From Leptogorgia sarmentosa (lineage: Eukaryota), in the NCBI GenBank assembly GCA_964658305.1, contig OZ210885.1, forward strand, positions 11,966,001 through 12,030,000: a stretch of 64,000 nt of DNA, written 5' to 3'. A program made the position numbers and the translations under genes. This document shows, piece after piece, positions 36,901-49,282 of the stretch (positions are counted from its first letter, which is position 1; each line of letters opens with the position of its first letter). The notes below the pieces were generated by a model. That model worked only from the letters and a program-made list of their open reading frames with translations. It had not been told where the DNA came from and did no database searches.

Positions 36901-39030
36901 GGGTCGAAGAACAATATAACAGGAAGACACTTATGTCACAAGTTGCGTGGGAGCAAAGAGCAGCAATGATTACTTCAGGTTGAACAGAATTAGATTTAGA
37001 GATTATTCAATTGTATAATATTAGCTGGATTTAATATTTAGCTCTTATTCAAAAGCGATCTCTGAACGACCAATAGAAACTTGCCGTATGAAGTAAAATA
37101 CCAAAATATGGTTCGTTTTTGATGAGTTCGTAGCTTTACAGAAACGCACAATACGACACAACTTGTGTTGTCACTAAGTGAAATTGTTTTTAATCGGCCG
37201 TCATGAATTTAAAATCATCGGGTGGCATTGTCCCTGTTCTTGGGAAATATAATTATCATATGAATGCAAAATTAAAGCCAGTTCGCATATGAAATTTCGC
37301 AAAGATTTTGACAGTTCAATACCATGGATCACAGTGAAGTAGATGTTACCGTGATTTTCAAGCATAAGTCGTGTGTTACAGAGGGAATGAGTTTTGTAGA
37401 TATACACGTGAGAATATTAAAACGAAAGCACATATCCTACATTCCTTTGAAGAACCCCACAGTTTGTTTTTTGAAATATTTTTAATATCTCCACTGCACG
37501 ACAAGTTGCTTTGGGTTCATTTCAATGTATTGAATTTTGTCATCCCGTGGTATTGAGATTCTTCCAAGGCCATTTACCCGATAAGATTTGTATTCTAGCG
37601 TATGGAATGCATGCAGTAAACATGCGTGAATACAATGAAATGCCGTCGTAACGTAATCAACAGGGAATGAGAGATCACCACTCTTTTCCATAAGTCAGAA
37701 CACGAATCGTATAAGATATTCGCATCGTGTGGATGGGCCTTTATAAATTTATTTCAGTGCAGCTACAATTTTTATAGCATGATATTGAGATTGCATGTGT
37801 TATCTGTCTTGGGACATTCGGTCCATATTGCACTATATTAGACAAAAAATATGCACGTAGTACACTGGAGGGCCGAGGGCATAATAAACAATCGCAAAAA
37901 CGTCCGCTATAATACAATTTACATGCATGCTATCAGTCGATTTAATCTCAGTCTTGTATTGATTAATTAACAGTGAATGTTTTATGCTGGAAAGAATGTA
38001 TCAACTTTTACGGACTGAAATGTTGGCAATCATATACTATAGTTTTTAATGAAACTTGTAAATAAACTTGCGTGAGGTATACACTGCTAGTATTGAAGTT
38101 TGCTTTCGTATGAATTTGAAGACTTCGTCGCAACCTAATTAGTCAAGAACAGCAAATTTGCTAACAGCGCTACAGACTGAGCGTTGCTAAGTTGCAGTTA
38201 TATCGCTGAAAACCTGAAAGCAATAAAGGTCCACCTGTTGTTTGGTCCCTGGTTATTGCATGCTCAAGTCTGTATTGAATAAGTCCGAAGTGAGGATGGA
38301 GGCTGCTTTGTTTGGCAATGCTCAATTCAATTTAGAATTTCAACAAATCGTGCCAAGTAGCGCTGTATGCATGACATGTCAGCGATTGAACACGCATCAG
38401 TCACATGTATGTTCACGATGGTATAACCACCCAAGAATCAGTACAGATCGTAATGAAAAGCTTTAAAGCATTTAATAAATAATGATTCATGACCTCAGCT
38501 TTTATAAAAAGATCAAAATCTTGTCTAGTTTTATCAGTATCTTGTCTGAATAAATTAAGTTTAATTTACAAACAAGCGCTCTTGCATGACAAATATCTTA
38601 GATAGACTAAGTGGTGATATGAGGAGTTTATGTGCAATACAAGGCTCACGAAATCACAGATAATTAAAAGTAAGAGCGACACAAAACACTCTCACATAAC
38701 CTGAAACGATATTTCACGAATGGTAGAAGCGTAAAGGCATGTTTGTTTGCCATTGTGTTGCAACGTCATAAGATGGATGCTGTTGCTTTCAAAGGAAATT
38801 CGTAATATTGCATTTATTGTACAAACTGGAAATAGTTTCAAAAACTTTTATTAGTACTCACCGATTCGCAATGATGTTAAAAGGGCAAACGCTTCTGTTT
38901 TCAACCTCTACGACGTAAATAAATGTCGTCACATATTGCGAGCGTTCTAACAATTGTGTTTGCGGGTTTCAGTTGAATGGTGCTGGGTCGACGAACAATA
39001 TAACAGGAAGACACTCATGTGTGGCAACAG
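30950..39030. repeat. Tandem array of about 2.1-2.4 kb units (three near-complete units plus diverged partial copies)
   Basis: Anchor CAATTGTGTTTGCGGGTTTCACTTGAAT..TGCTGGGTCG recurs near 30980, 32370, 34805, 36870 and 38950; near-identical short ORFs repeat in the ORF track. Confidence 0.93.
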
Positions 39031-39226
39031 GATGTAAGTTTACACTGTAGGTTGCAGTGAAACTAGACACTGAATCATGCTTGAAGTACCACTCCTAAAA
39101 TTCCCAGGACAGGCGGCACAGAATATATATAATAATAAAGTCGAAATGTATATTATGTCATGTACAAAGCTATTGTACAAGCTGTATCTTATTAATCTTT
39201 TTCTCATTCTTACATAAAATAAGGTT

Positions 39227-39370
39227 ACCCTTGCCATTACACCGATTGCTCCAGCTGCCTGATGTGCCAATCAAACATTATTATTTTTCTTATTTCTAAT
39301 GCTACTGCTGTTCATGTAATACATTGAGGTGTCCGACCATCTCGGAGGTGTCCGACCGTCGACGGAATCG
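39227..39370. repeat. Dispersed repeat, inverted copy at 60220-60363
   Basis: CCCTTGCCATTACACCGA..CTCCAGCTGCCTGAT..CCGACCATCTCGGAGGTGTCCGACCGTCGA matches the reverse complement of the 60.2-kb segment. Confidence 0.8.
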
Positions 39371-40631
39371 AAATAAGCATCGGCGACTATTATAAGTATG
39401 TCATAAACGTTTATGTTAATTTGTACGCACCTTAGCTTTAATTTTTTCAGTTTAGATGAAGTTATAATTTTGAAAATTTAACTCATAAACATGGCTCGCT
39501 TTTTAAGCCATTTGAAGCTCTTGCAGTTGAGTTTTATCAGATCCCCTCCTACGTTTGCTTTATATAAAATAACTGATACTTGAATATTTGTGATGTCCTC
39601 GCAGAGTGCGGCAAACATATGTAAATGATGATAAATTTAAAATAAAACATGATATTATCAGTTTGAAAAACAAACTAAAGCAATAACATGATAAATAATC
39701 ACCTTTGTCGACGCTCAATTCAATTTGGTGAATCTTGACGATATTTTAAAATGCAACCATCAATTCACACAACAATACTGCGCTTCGTTCCCTCATCTGC
39801 AAGACAGGAAAATTCTATTGAAACGAAGCAAATTAATCATCTTTATTTTTCTATACATAATATACCTTGAATAACAAGATTGTTCTAGACTTAAGTGATT
39901 TAAAATGACCAACAGTGTTTCAATACACCATGCAGGGAAGGCTTTTGTTGTGTTTCCGCCACTTTTATAACTATTTTAATTATGTCAAGTTCATTAATAA
40001 TCCCCTACCGTTAAAAGGTTGACACAAATATGATTAAGTCTAACATTGTTCATGTACTTTTGTATAGAACACGCATATACCCATTATATTGCCATAGAGC
40101 GAACGAATAGCAATAAAATTATGTTGTCGCACATCCATAGGACAATGTTGTGAATCTTGGATCTTATTTAGTACTCTTCACATGCAGTTTAGCTTGAGTT
40201 ATGGAAGGAATACAGTAATAAACCACAGAACAATTAATTGAATGAAATTCACCAAAATGGTATTTCCCTGGATGAACTTTCACATTCGAGTTAAATAACT
40301 CTTCAATCCGCAGTATACCTATAGCTATATTTTTTTATTTTCGTAAATTATTTGTTGATAATGATTTCACCAGATTTAGTAATCACACCATTCAAATAAT
40401 AATACCCAGACACAAAGCGACGTTTGATTATGCTTTCGCCTTTCACAATTCTCATTTTTATTGCATCCGACAGAACAGGATAGGGTTAGAGCTTGGGTTT
40501 CCTAGGGTTAGGACTAGGGAGAGGTTCTGATTAGGTTGAAACGACAACCACGACTATGCTGAAATATGATCACAAAGATGACGCACCTTGCATTGCCTGG
40601 ATAATTATATCACACAATTCAAAGAATGCTC

Positions 40632-43600
40632 TTGAAAAAACTCTGTGAGTAAGAAACCTTGTCGCCTCAATAAATACTCTTTCGAAACCAGAGCAAGATA
40701 TATTGCGGGTACGGCCATATGCATGATGTTTTAATTTGCAATACCAAATCTGATATGCATGAATTGATTTGGCGCTGTAGAACAACACACATTTAATTGA
40801 TTAAATTTAAGTTCAATAATTGACATTTGACAACATTAACATGGGAATGTCTTGAAAATTTGCTTATTTGAGTTATTTCAATTTATGTGTAATTTGGGAG
40901 AAATGGCTTTGTAATTAGCTACTTCTGATCACAATTAGTAGCATTCATACTATCTACACGTAATGAATACTGTAAATATATTATTGTAATGACAACTTAT
41001 ATTGCCTTTTATATTTCACTATTTGATTGTATCTTTTCACTACTTCATGTAAATAGTTCTAATATATTTGTTTTAGCAATTACGATACTTATCATATCCC
41101 ATATCATATAGCTATAAATGATTCTCGTGATACCTAGGCACCTTACCTAAAAGTCCAATAGGAATTCCAAAGGTCCCTAGCCCGTTATTACTTTGTAAAT
41201 AATGTAAACCATTTTGTATTTTTATCGTTTTGTGGGCAAATAAAACTTCAAACTTCAAATACACTAAAATTGTATTACGCTTCTACATTGAATTAATCAA
41301 ATAATCACATTTTTAAAATACTTCCATGATAGCAAAACACAAAGGGAGTTGTCATTTTTTCCCGCCTCTTCAAACTCCATTTTTGTGGCATCAGTTAGAT
41401 CGGAATTACTGAGGAACATGTTCTGATCAGATTTAAACCAGAACAGTTACCATTGAACATTTACCATATATTGAAATGTGATTGAGAAAAATTATGGAGT
41501 ATTTCCTTAGTACAGCATTTTCCAAGCATGTCTACGTATTTGCAAAATGCTCACAGTGTGCGGTATAGCTGAAGCTAAATCACTGTGAAAGGATATGAAA
41601 ACTTTGAATTGCGCGACTAATTTATAATTACATTGTCTTTAAAAAGTGAAGATCTTACAAACTCGGAACACAAAATGTATCGATACAAATAAAGACTGCA
41701 TGTATATCGATATTTAATAACATACAGACTTTACATATTTTCAATTACGAATATTTTACCTTTTAAATCGCTTGCTTCAATTTCGTTGATCTAAACCAAA
41801 AGAGCTTTAATATCAACGAACAATCCGTGTTAATACTTCGATTTTATACTCGATCAACATAGAGACAAAAATATATCTCACTGGCATCAAACTGTCTGAT
41901 GTTCACAGGGTTCTGTGATAATTTAAATATATAATTTGCTTTGCAACAACAATATTGTTCCGGTATGATTGAGTGAATAATAGCATACCATGTATCATGC
42001 AGTGAGTTTTTTACCCCGCAATTTCTTTAGATACCGCGTACAGATATACGTAGGTCGGCACAAGCCATGGAGTGCGATTGTGGCTTCATATACTGGAATT
42101 TTCCGAGCAATTCTGAACTGAATATTTATCTTGTCTTACTATTCGCTCAACACCAGAATTTTTAGCCATGCCTGAAATGATCAAATCCCCCCTCTGGGCC
42201 CTCAATTCAAAGTCATGTAACATTTATCATTGATTGGAAGGTTTGGAAGTATCCCATTTGATCAGTTTTTTTCAGTATTTTTACACCAAAAATTGATCAA
42301 TGTAAACCTTGTTTATAAGCATATATTAGAAAAAACTCTGTGTGCACGCGCGCTGTAACAAAAAATCTTGTTGCCTCAATAAATACTCTTTTGTAACCAG
42401 AGCAAGATATATTGCGGGTATTGCCAGATCCATGATGTTTTAACTTGCAATAACAATTGATATACATGAATTGATTTACCTTTCAAATGGCTTGCAAACA
42501 ACAAAATACAGTCAAATGTAATAGGGAGATGTTATACTATCGTCTGCAAGACACAACAATTTCATTGAAACCCAAAATTCACATGCAGCATTGATTTTGT
42601 ATACCAAACCCAACACACAAGTTGTATGCTAATTTTGAATAGGGCAATAAATTCATAATTTGTAGCTACGTTTTGGTTTAAGCACATTAATAATGACCTA
42701 ATCATTTCAACATGCGCTTCTGCCGTGCCGAACTAAATTTGTGACTTGTTGAATTCGACTATGAAGGGACCATTAGTAATTAAAGCTACGTACATTTCCA
42801 TACTGAAACATGGATATGGCCATACAGCCGTAGAGCGAAAGTAGAGCTTATACACATAGCTAACACACTGTGCTGCATGAATCTTAGATCTTGTTATTCT
42901 GGATCAATGGCGCTGTAGAACAACACACATTTAATTGATTAAATTTAGGTTCAATTATTGACAACATTAATATGGTAATGTCTTGAAACATTTGCTGATT
43001 TAAATTTAAATGTAATTTGGGATAAACGTCCTTGTTAACTAGCTACTTCTGATCACAATTGTGTAGCATTCATAGTTCAGATTGAATTATTAATACATGC
43101 ATGAAACTACAATACTTACTATCTACACGTAATTAATACTGTAAATATATTATTGTAATGACAACTTACATCGCCTTTTGTTGTATCTTTTCACTACTTC
43201 ATGTAAATAGTTCTAATATATTGTACGTACGATGTTATATATTTGTTTTAGCAATTACGATAGCTACTTATTATATCCCATGTCATATGGCCTTACCTAA
43301 AAGTCCAATAGGATTTCCAAAGGCCCTATCCCTTTATTACTTTGTTAATAGTGTAAATAATTTTGCATTTTTATCACTTTGTGGGCAAATAAAACTTCAA
43401 AATACACTAAAATTGTGTTACGCCTCAACATTCAATTTATATAATGATCACATTTTGGAAATACTTCCATGATTGCAAAACATAAAGGGAGTTGTCATTT
43501 TTTTCCCGCATCCTCAAATTCCATTTTTAGCTATTGCATCAGTTAGATCGGAATTAGGAACAGGTTCTAATCAGATTTAAACCGGAACATTTACCACAGT

Positions 43601-44503
43601 TATATTGAAATGTGAATTCGAATATGATTGAGAAAAATTATGGAGTATTTCTTTAGTACAGCATTTTCCAAGCATGCCTACGTATTTGTAAAATGTTCAC
43701 AGTGTGCGGTATAGCTGAAGCTAAATCACTGTGAATCAAAGGATATGAAAACTTCGAATTGGGCAACTAATTTATAAATATACTCTTTAAAAAGTGAAGA
43801 TCTTACAAACTCGGATCACAAATTGTATATATACAAATAAGACTGCGTGTACAACGATATTTAATAACATACAGACATTATCATATTATGATATTGTCAT
43901 ATTCCAATTGCGAATATTTTACCTTTTAAATCGCTTGCTTCAATTCCGTTAATCTAAACCAAAAGAGCTTTAATATCAAGGAACAATCCGTGTTAATACT
44001 TCGATTTTATACTCGATCAAGATAGAGACAAAAATATATCTCACTGGCATCAAACTGTCTGATGTTCACAGGGTTCTGTGATAATTTAAATATATAATTT
44101 GCTTTGCAGTAACAAAATATATTGGTCCGGTGTGATTGAGTGATCGTGAATAATAGCAAACCATGTACCATGCAGTGAGTTTTTTACCCCCCAATTTCTT
44201 TAGTTACCCCCTACAGATATACGTAGGTCGGCACAAGCCATGGAGTGCGATTGTGGCTTCATATACTGGAATCTTCCGAGCAATTCTGAACTGAACATTT
44301 ATCTTGTCTTACTATTCGCTCAACACCAGAATTCTTAACCATGCGGCCTGAAATGATCAATCCCCCCTCTGGGCCCTCAATTCAAAGTCATGTAACATTT
44401 ATCATTGATTGGAAAGTTTTGAAGTATACTATTTGACCTGTTTTTTTCAGTATTTTTACACCAAAAATTGATAAACGTAAACCTTGGTTATAAGCATATT
44501 AGA
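40632..44503. repeat. Two-copy tandem duplication (about 40632-42328 and 42329-44503)
   Basis: Collinear similarity from AAAAACTCTGTG to AAACCTTG.TTATAAGCATA; second copy has about 430 bp extra at about 42478-42908. Confidence 0.92.
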
Positions 44504-45222
44504 CATGGAAGCAAAAAAATTAGCTCAGAATGAATAAAATTGATATTACTTCTGCGATCATCGCATCTGACGCTCTTTACATTTGATATTTTGTAATACT
44601 GGCTAAATAATTGCATTGCTCAAAATCAGCAAAAACGAATCGTCAAAACTACAATGTGAACTTAGATTAAGAAATAAGAAAATTGAAGGTTTAAGAATCG
44701 AGTACTATTTGCATTGGGATGCGAAGAACTAAATTTGCCGGCTTTACTTTCTCGGCGGCAAATATACTATCCGGCTTGAGTTACGTAGTGGTTCTGATTC
44801 GCACTAGCAGCTGTTGGTATAAATTTCTAAGTAACTATAACATTTCCTGCAATCTGATTGGTCCAGAGTGACTGGACGAAAATTCTAATATGCTGTTCTC
44901 AACAGCTTTCGAACAGTATGTGATTGTCACATACGTCTGACCAACGAAAATTCATATTTTGTCGTCTCCTCCAATCAACAGCCGCGAGCTTATGTGACTA
45001 TAAGGCAGTTTATCAGTCACTTAGCTAATGAGGCTATTCCTTCGCTAACGTTTGGTTGTGCATGTTAGCTATTGAAAATATATAGTCAGTGAAGTAGATT
45101 GAGCGTTAGGTGTGTGTGTACATATTCATATTCTTCTCCACATACTTGTTTTCAATAGAATTTTGTTGAGCAGAACATGAAGTATTATATGAATATATAT
45201 ACATACCCCAATTAACATTCTA

Positions 45223-46034
45223 CAGGGTGTATCAAAAAAAACGCAATCCAAGTTTAAGGCTTTATAACCAAAATAATATAGATTTCCATGTCTTAACTTT
45301 TAGTTCATGTTTTAGCCCCATCTTTTTTCTACTCAATAAGTGGTCGATTGTGACTTTTTAGGCCATTTAGGACTTCAAAATAAGTGATTTACTGCAAGCA
45401 GTCATTTTTAGATGCTTCGAATTCGACGTTCTTAATTCTGAAGGGGACGTTATCGTTGCATGCGAATATTTTGTTTGAAATATTTTCGCGAAATAATTTT
45501 AAAGTCTTAGGCATCATGCAACAGCTCACTACAGCAGAAATAACTTTTATTGTTGAAGGTTACTTTGTAACAAAAAGTATTCAGGAAGTTTTAAGATTGT
45601 TTCGAATAGCTTTTCCGGATCGACAAGTCCCAAATTCGACGACCGTTTGGCGTAACGTACGTAAATACCGGCAGATACAGCTTGAAGCAGATGCTTTACA
45701 TGGAAATCATGAACTAATAAGAAGAGTTGCACGGGAAATGCAACATCGAAGTGATTTGTGTGTGCTGAGAAAGCCAGGCCACGTTGAATGATTGTAACCA
45801 ACTAAAGTTAAATTTTTAATAAATTCAATCTATCTCAAATTTTAAATTGTCCAATCACACTTACTAAAAATATCATTACTCACTCATTTCCAACTCAAAT
45901 TTAACAAACAAGCAGTCTTAAGAAAGCGAAATGATAGAGCTTTCTAACGGTGGTAAATATAGCCTATTTTCTATTACTTTTCGTTATGAAAATTGCATTT
46001 GAACGTAGGATTGCGTTTTTTTTGATACACCCTG
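45223..46034 (+). mobile_element. Internally deleted Tc1/mariner element
   Basis: TIR CAGGGTGTATCAAAAAAAACGCAATCC at both ends, TA TSD; ORF fuses the HTH N-terminus MQQLTTAEITFIVEGYF.. to the C-terminus ..QHRSDLCVLRKPGHVE. Confidence 0.92.
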
Positions 46035-46048
46035 TAGTTAGGTCTCTG

Positions 46049-46287
46049 GGGCCGGTTGGTCGTAGCCCGTTTAGCTTAAACGGGAGTTAAGACGAGAATG
46101 TTAAGCAGGTTTATTTATTCATTGAACAATCAAAGTAAAATTTTTCAATCTAAAAAGAACACTTATGTATACAGCCACATATTTAACGTTTAAAATTCAT
46201 GTTCAATTATTCACAAAACGAATGGGAGTGTAATTAAGATTTGGCTTATGCGCCGTTTAAGCTAAATGGGCTACGAACAACCACCCC
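46049..46287. mobile_element. Harbinger/Tourist-type MITE
   Basis: GGGCCGGTTGGTCGTAGCCCGTTTAGCTTAAACGG / CCGTTTAAGCTAAATGGGCTACGAACAACCACCCC. Confidence 0.8.
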
Positions 46288-47873
46288 CTGCGAATTATAG
46301 TCATGTGAAACTTGTGAAGCTTGCGAATTTTGTATACTTTCGAAATGTTATAACGCTCTTTCACACTCATTGCGAAGTCATTCCATATGATAACGATATT
46401 TCACAAGTGCAAATTTGGACTGCTCTTTCCAGCTGAAATCATGGGAAAAAGTTGTTCCGATTAGGGAATATTCCACGCTATACAGTAAAATTTTCATTGA
46501 TTTTTGAATCCCAGTAGATTCATTGCATGTCATGTATAGCACAAATGTATGGTTAAAAATGTCTATCAATTACAATTGTTTGATAATCTTTATAATTCAT
46601 AATAGCCACAAAATACGGGTGTATAAATAAAGAGATCATGAACCCTTTCAAATTCAAATTAGCTGTAGCTACATGTAGTATTCTGACATGGCTAATTGCT
46701 TTGAATTAAGGTTGGGCAATTCAAGAACACAAGGTCTTCTATACTCAGGGGATTAAATTCAAATACGAATTAGAACTAAAGTGCCATACTGTTGTAAATT
46801 TATCTGATCATGAATGAATTACATAAAGAGCAAATTATTGTATATACGTCTGCAGCACCTTGTAGCTACACTAAAGGGTCACTTTCTTGTACACCTTGTA
46901 CGTATACGGCCACTCTCATCTCATTGTTATGCTCAGCTCAGAAGTAAAAACTGATCATTTTAAGGCCCCTATTACACTATATACCGGATTGCATCGGAGC
47001 GGAGCGATTTTTATACCGGATTGGGCTGTTGATCACACTACGCCACAGTAATCCGGTACGTGCCGCGGAGCAAAAATCACTCCGCTTCGTTCGTGATACG
47101 AAAAGTAATCCGGTATGTGCCGTACCAAAATGATTGCCTTACAAAATATTTTTATGTATGTATTGACTGCTGCTAGGGTGCTGCAAATAATGTCGTGTTT
47201 GTATGCCCTAAATATCCAACATTATACGATTCGAAGATGTCTTCGACAGCGGAGCGGCGTAGTGTAATCGCTGCCTAAGAGTACACAACCATTGTTTCGG
47301 GTAACAATGCTATTCATTAGACACCTGTGACTACATTTAAACAGAAGTTTCAATGCCAAGTGGCGCCATCGCTTTGAAGTCATATCAGTTGCGTACAACC
47401 CAACTTTATACAAAAGGATAACATTTAGCATTCAAAAGGGAAAGTGGCAAATATGTCATAGTCAAAGAGATGTTTTAAAATTCAATGAATGAGTGACGGT
47501 TCAAAGTTCATTGTCAACAAGAAATAATTGCAAACAAGGCCCTATTTAGAAGATAATATTTTCTATTGATTTTATATAAATACATGCAGTAAGAATAGTT
47601 TTAATTTTAAGAAAAATGCGAACTACTGCAATAAATGATCAACAACTATATAGTGTTGAGTACATATTTTGCGGGATACTGGAATCGGTTTTTCGTAGCC
47701 CGTTTATAGCTTAAACACATATAAATTTTGCTCCAAAATTTTAATTGTGCTCCAAATTGTGTTTAAGCTACATTTAAATTGTATACTCCAATTCGTATTG
47801 TGGATAATTGAAAATTTAAACACTGTCTTGTTGTGTACACAGGTGTTCTTTTCGCAATGGAAAATTTTATTTC

Positions 47874-48230
47874 AATAGACCGATTGCATAATAGACAAAA
47901 TTTTAAAAAATTCGACGAAATAGTACCATTCATAATAACAGCGTTGAAGAGCATTCCAAAGTTAGTAAAATTGCCGAGTTTGGTTGCGAAATTTTGTAAA
48001 ATGCGAAAAATATACCCCAGTGAAGTTTGCAAATTTTGTATATTTTAGTATTACGCAAAATTGATACCCGTTTCTCGACAGGGAGTATCAACTTGCCGTG
48101 CGTTATACTAAAATATGCAAAATTTGCAAACTTGATGGGGTCATATCTTTCACAACATTTCACAACCAAACTTTGCATTTCTGCTAATTCTAGGATACTG
48201 TTTAATTTTGTCTATTATGCAGAAATTTTG
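47874..48230. repeat. Palindromic dispersed repeat (relative at 54066-54350)
   Basis: CGATTGCATAATAGAC..AAGTTTGCAAATTT..AAATTTGCAAACTT..GTCTATTATGCA. Confidence 0.7.
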
Positions 48231-48442
48231 AACACTTAGAACCTCAAGATTCCCGAAAGCGTCCATTTAGAGACCTAACTCCACTTTCTTGGCACGCTCG
48301 TTCAGGCGGACGAATGAATGATTGTTGACATTACCTTATTCCTCGAGTTTTTGCCTGAATTATGCTCAAAATTTGCCCGACCTTAATTTTGGCATATGGG
48401 GTACACATCAGGAATTTTACGTTTACCACATGCTGCACATAT

Positions 48443-48861
48443 ACCGCGGGTGTCTGAAAAAAGTATCCGCGGTGTTTGATTTGTTATACCAGTCAAACTG
48501 GGCAGGTAGTCTCTGTAAAACGCGCTTTATCGAATTCAGAAAGGCCGAACTTAAATTTTGATATATGACACGAGGATGTTCGAGCAATATTGAATGAGCT
48601 ATTGCGATTTCATTTCCAAACAGCATTTTTGAAAATGCTTCAAATTACCATAAATCGACCTGTCAAATTTAACGTATAATTAACTCATCTTGGTCTTGCA
48701 GATTATTTCATTTTGCATTTCCCGGTGGACACAGAAGCTGAAATAAAACGTTTTTAATCTAAAACCATGGAATAATACGAAATCTAAGACATTGAAAAGC
48801 TACCTTTAAAATTTACAATACTGGGGGATAGATGGCACAATAACGTTTTGAGACACCGGTA
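48443..48861. mobile_element. Degenerate Tc1/mariner MITE
   Basis: TATACCGCGGGTGTCTGAAAAAAG ... TTTTGAGACACCGGTATA. Confidence 0.55.
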
Positions 48862-49228
48862 TACTAGGGCCTAACCACTTCCCTCCGAATTAAAATTATC
48901 CACTAGTGCCCAAAACTGAGATCATTTATATATATCAGCGACGAAAAAGATATGATATTATGCTGTTAAAATGCATTTGTATTTGCTTCATTTAAATTTA
49001 ATAATTTTCAATCTATATGCTGTCAGTTTTTAACAATGATGATTCCTACTTTGTTTAATTTTTAAAAATTAATTTTACAAATTATTATTTGCGAGTTCGG
49101 AAGTAGCTAAATCAACAGTCTTTTATTTTTCATTCACATTGGCGGTTCAAATAACGTGCCTTTTGTATGACAGTATTTCAGCTGAACATTTGGTGCAAAC
49201 AACTTATATTGATTAACAATTACTTAAA

Positions 49229-49237
49229 CTATATAAG
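49229..49237 (+). promoter_or_regulatory. Probable TATA box of the astacin gene
   Basis: CTATATAAG about 50 bp upstream of the ATG at 49283. Confidence 0.55.
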
Positions 49238-49282
49238 AAGGCGGCTGACTATAGATTGAACATTGCAATAAACTGCAGCAAA

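Noticed and set aside
32695..38466. Family of small repeated proteins (MYIYKTLSLC.., MSSCYIVLRP..)
   Set aside because: They recur only because of the tandem duplication; no domain signal, and indels vary between copies
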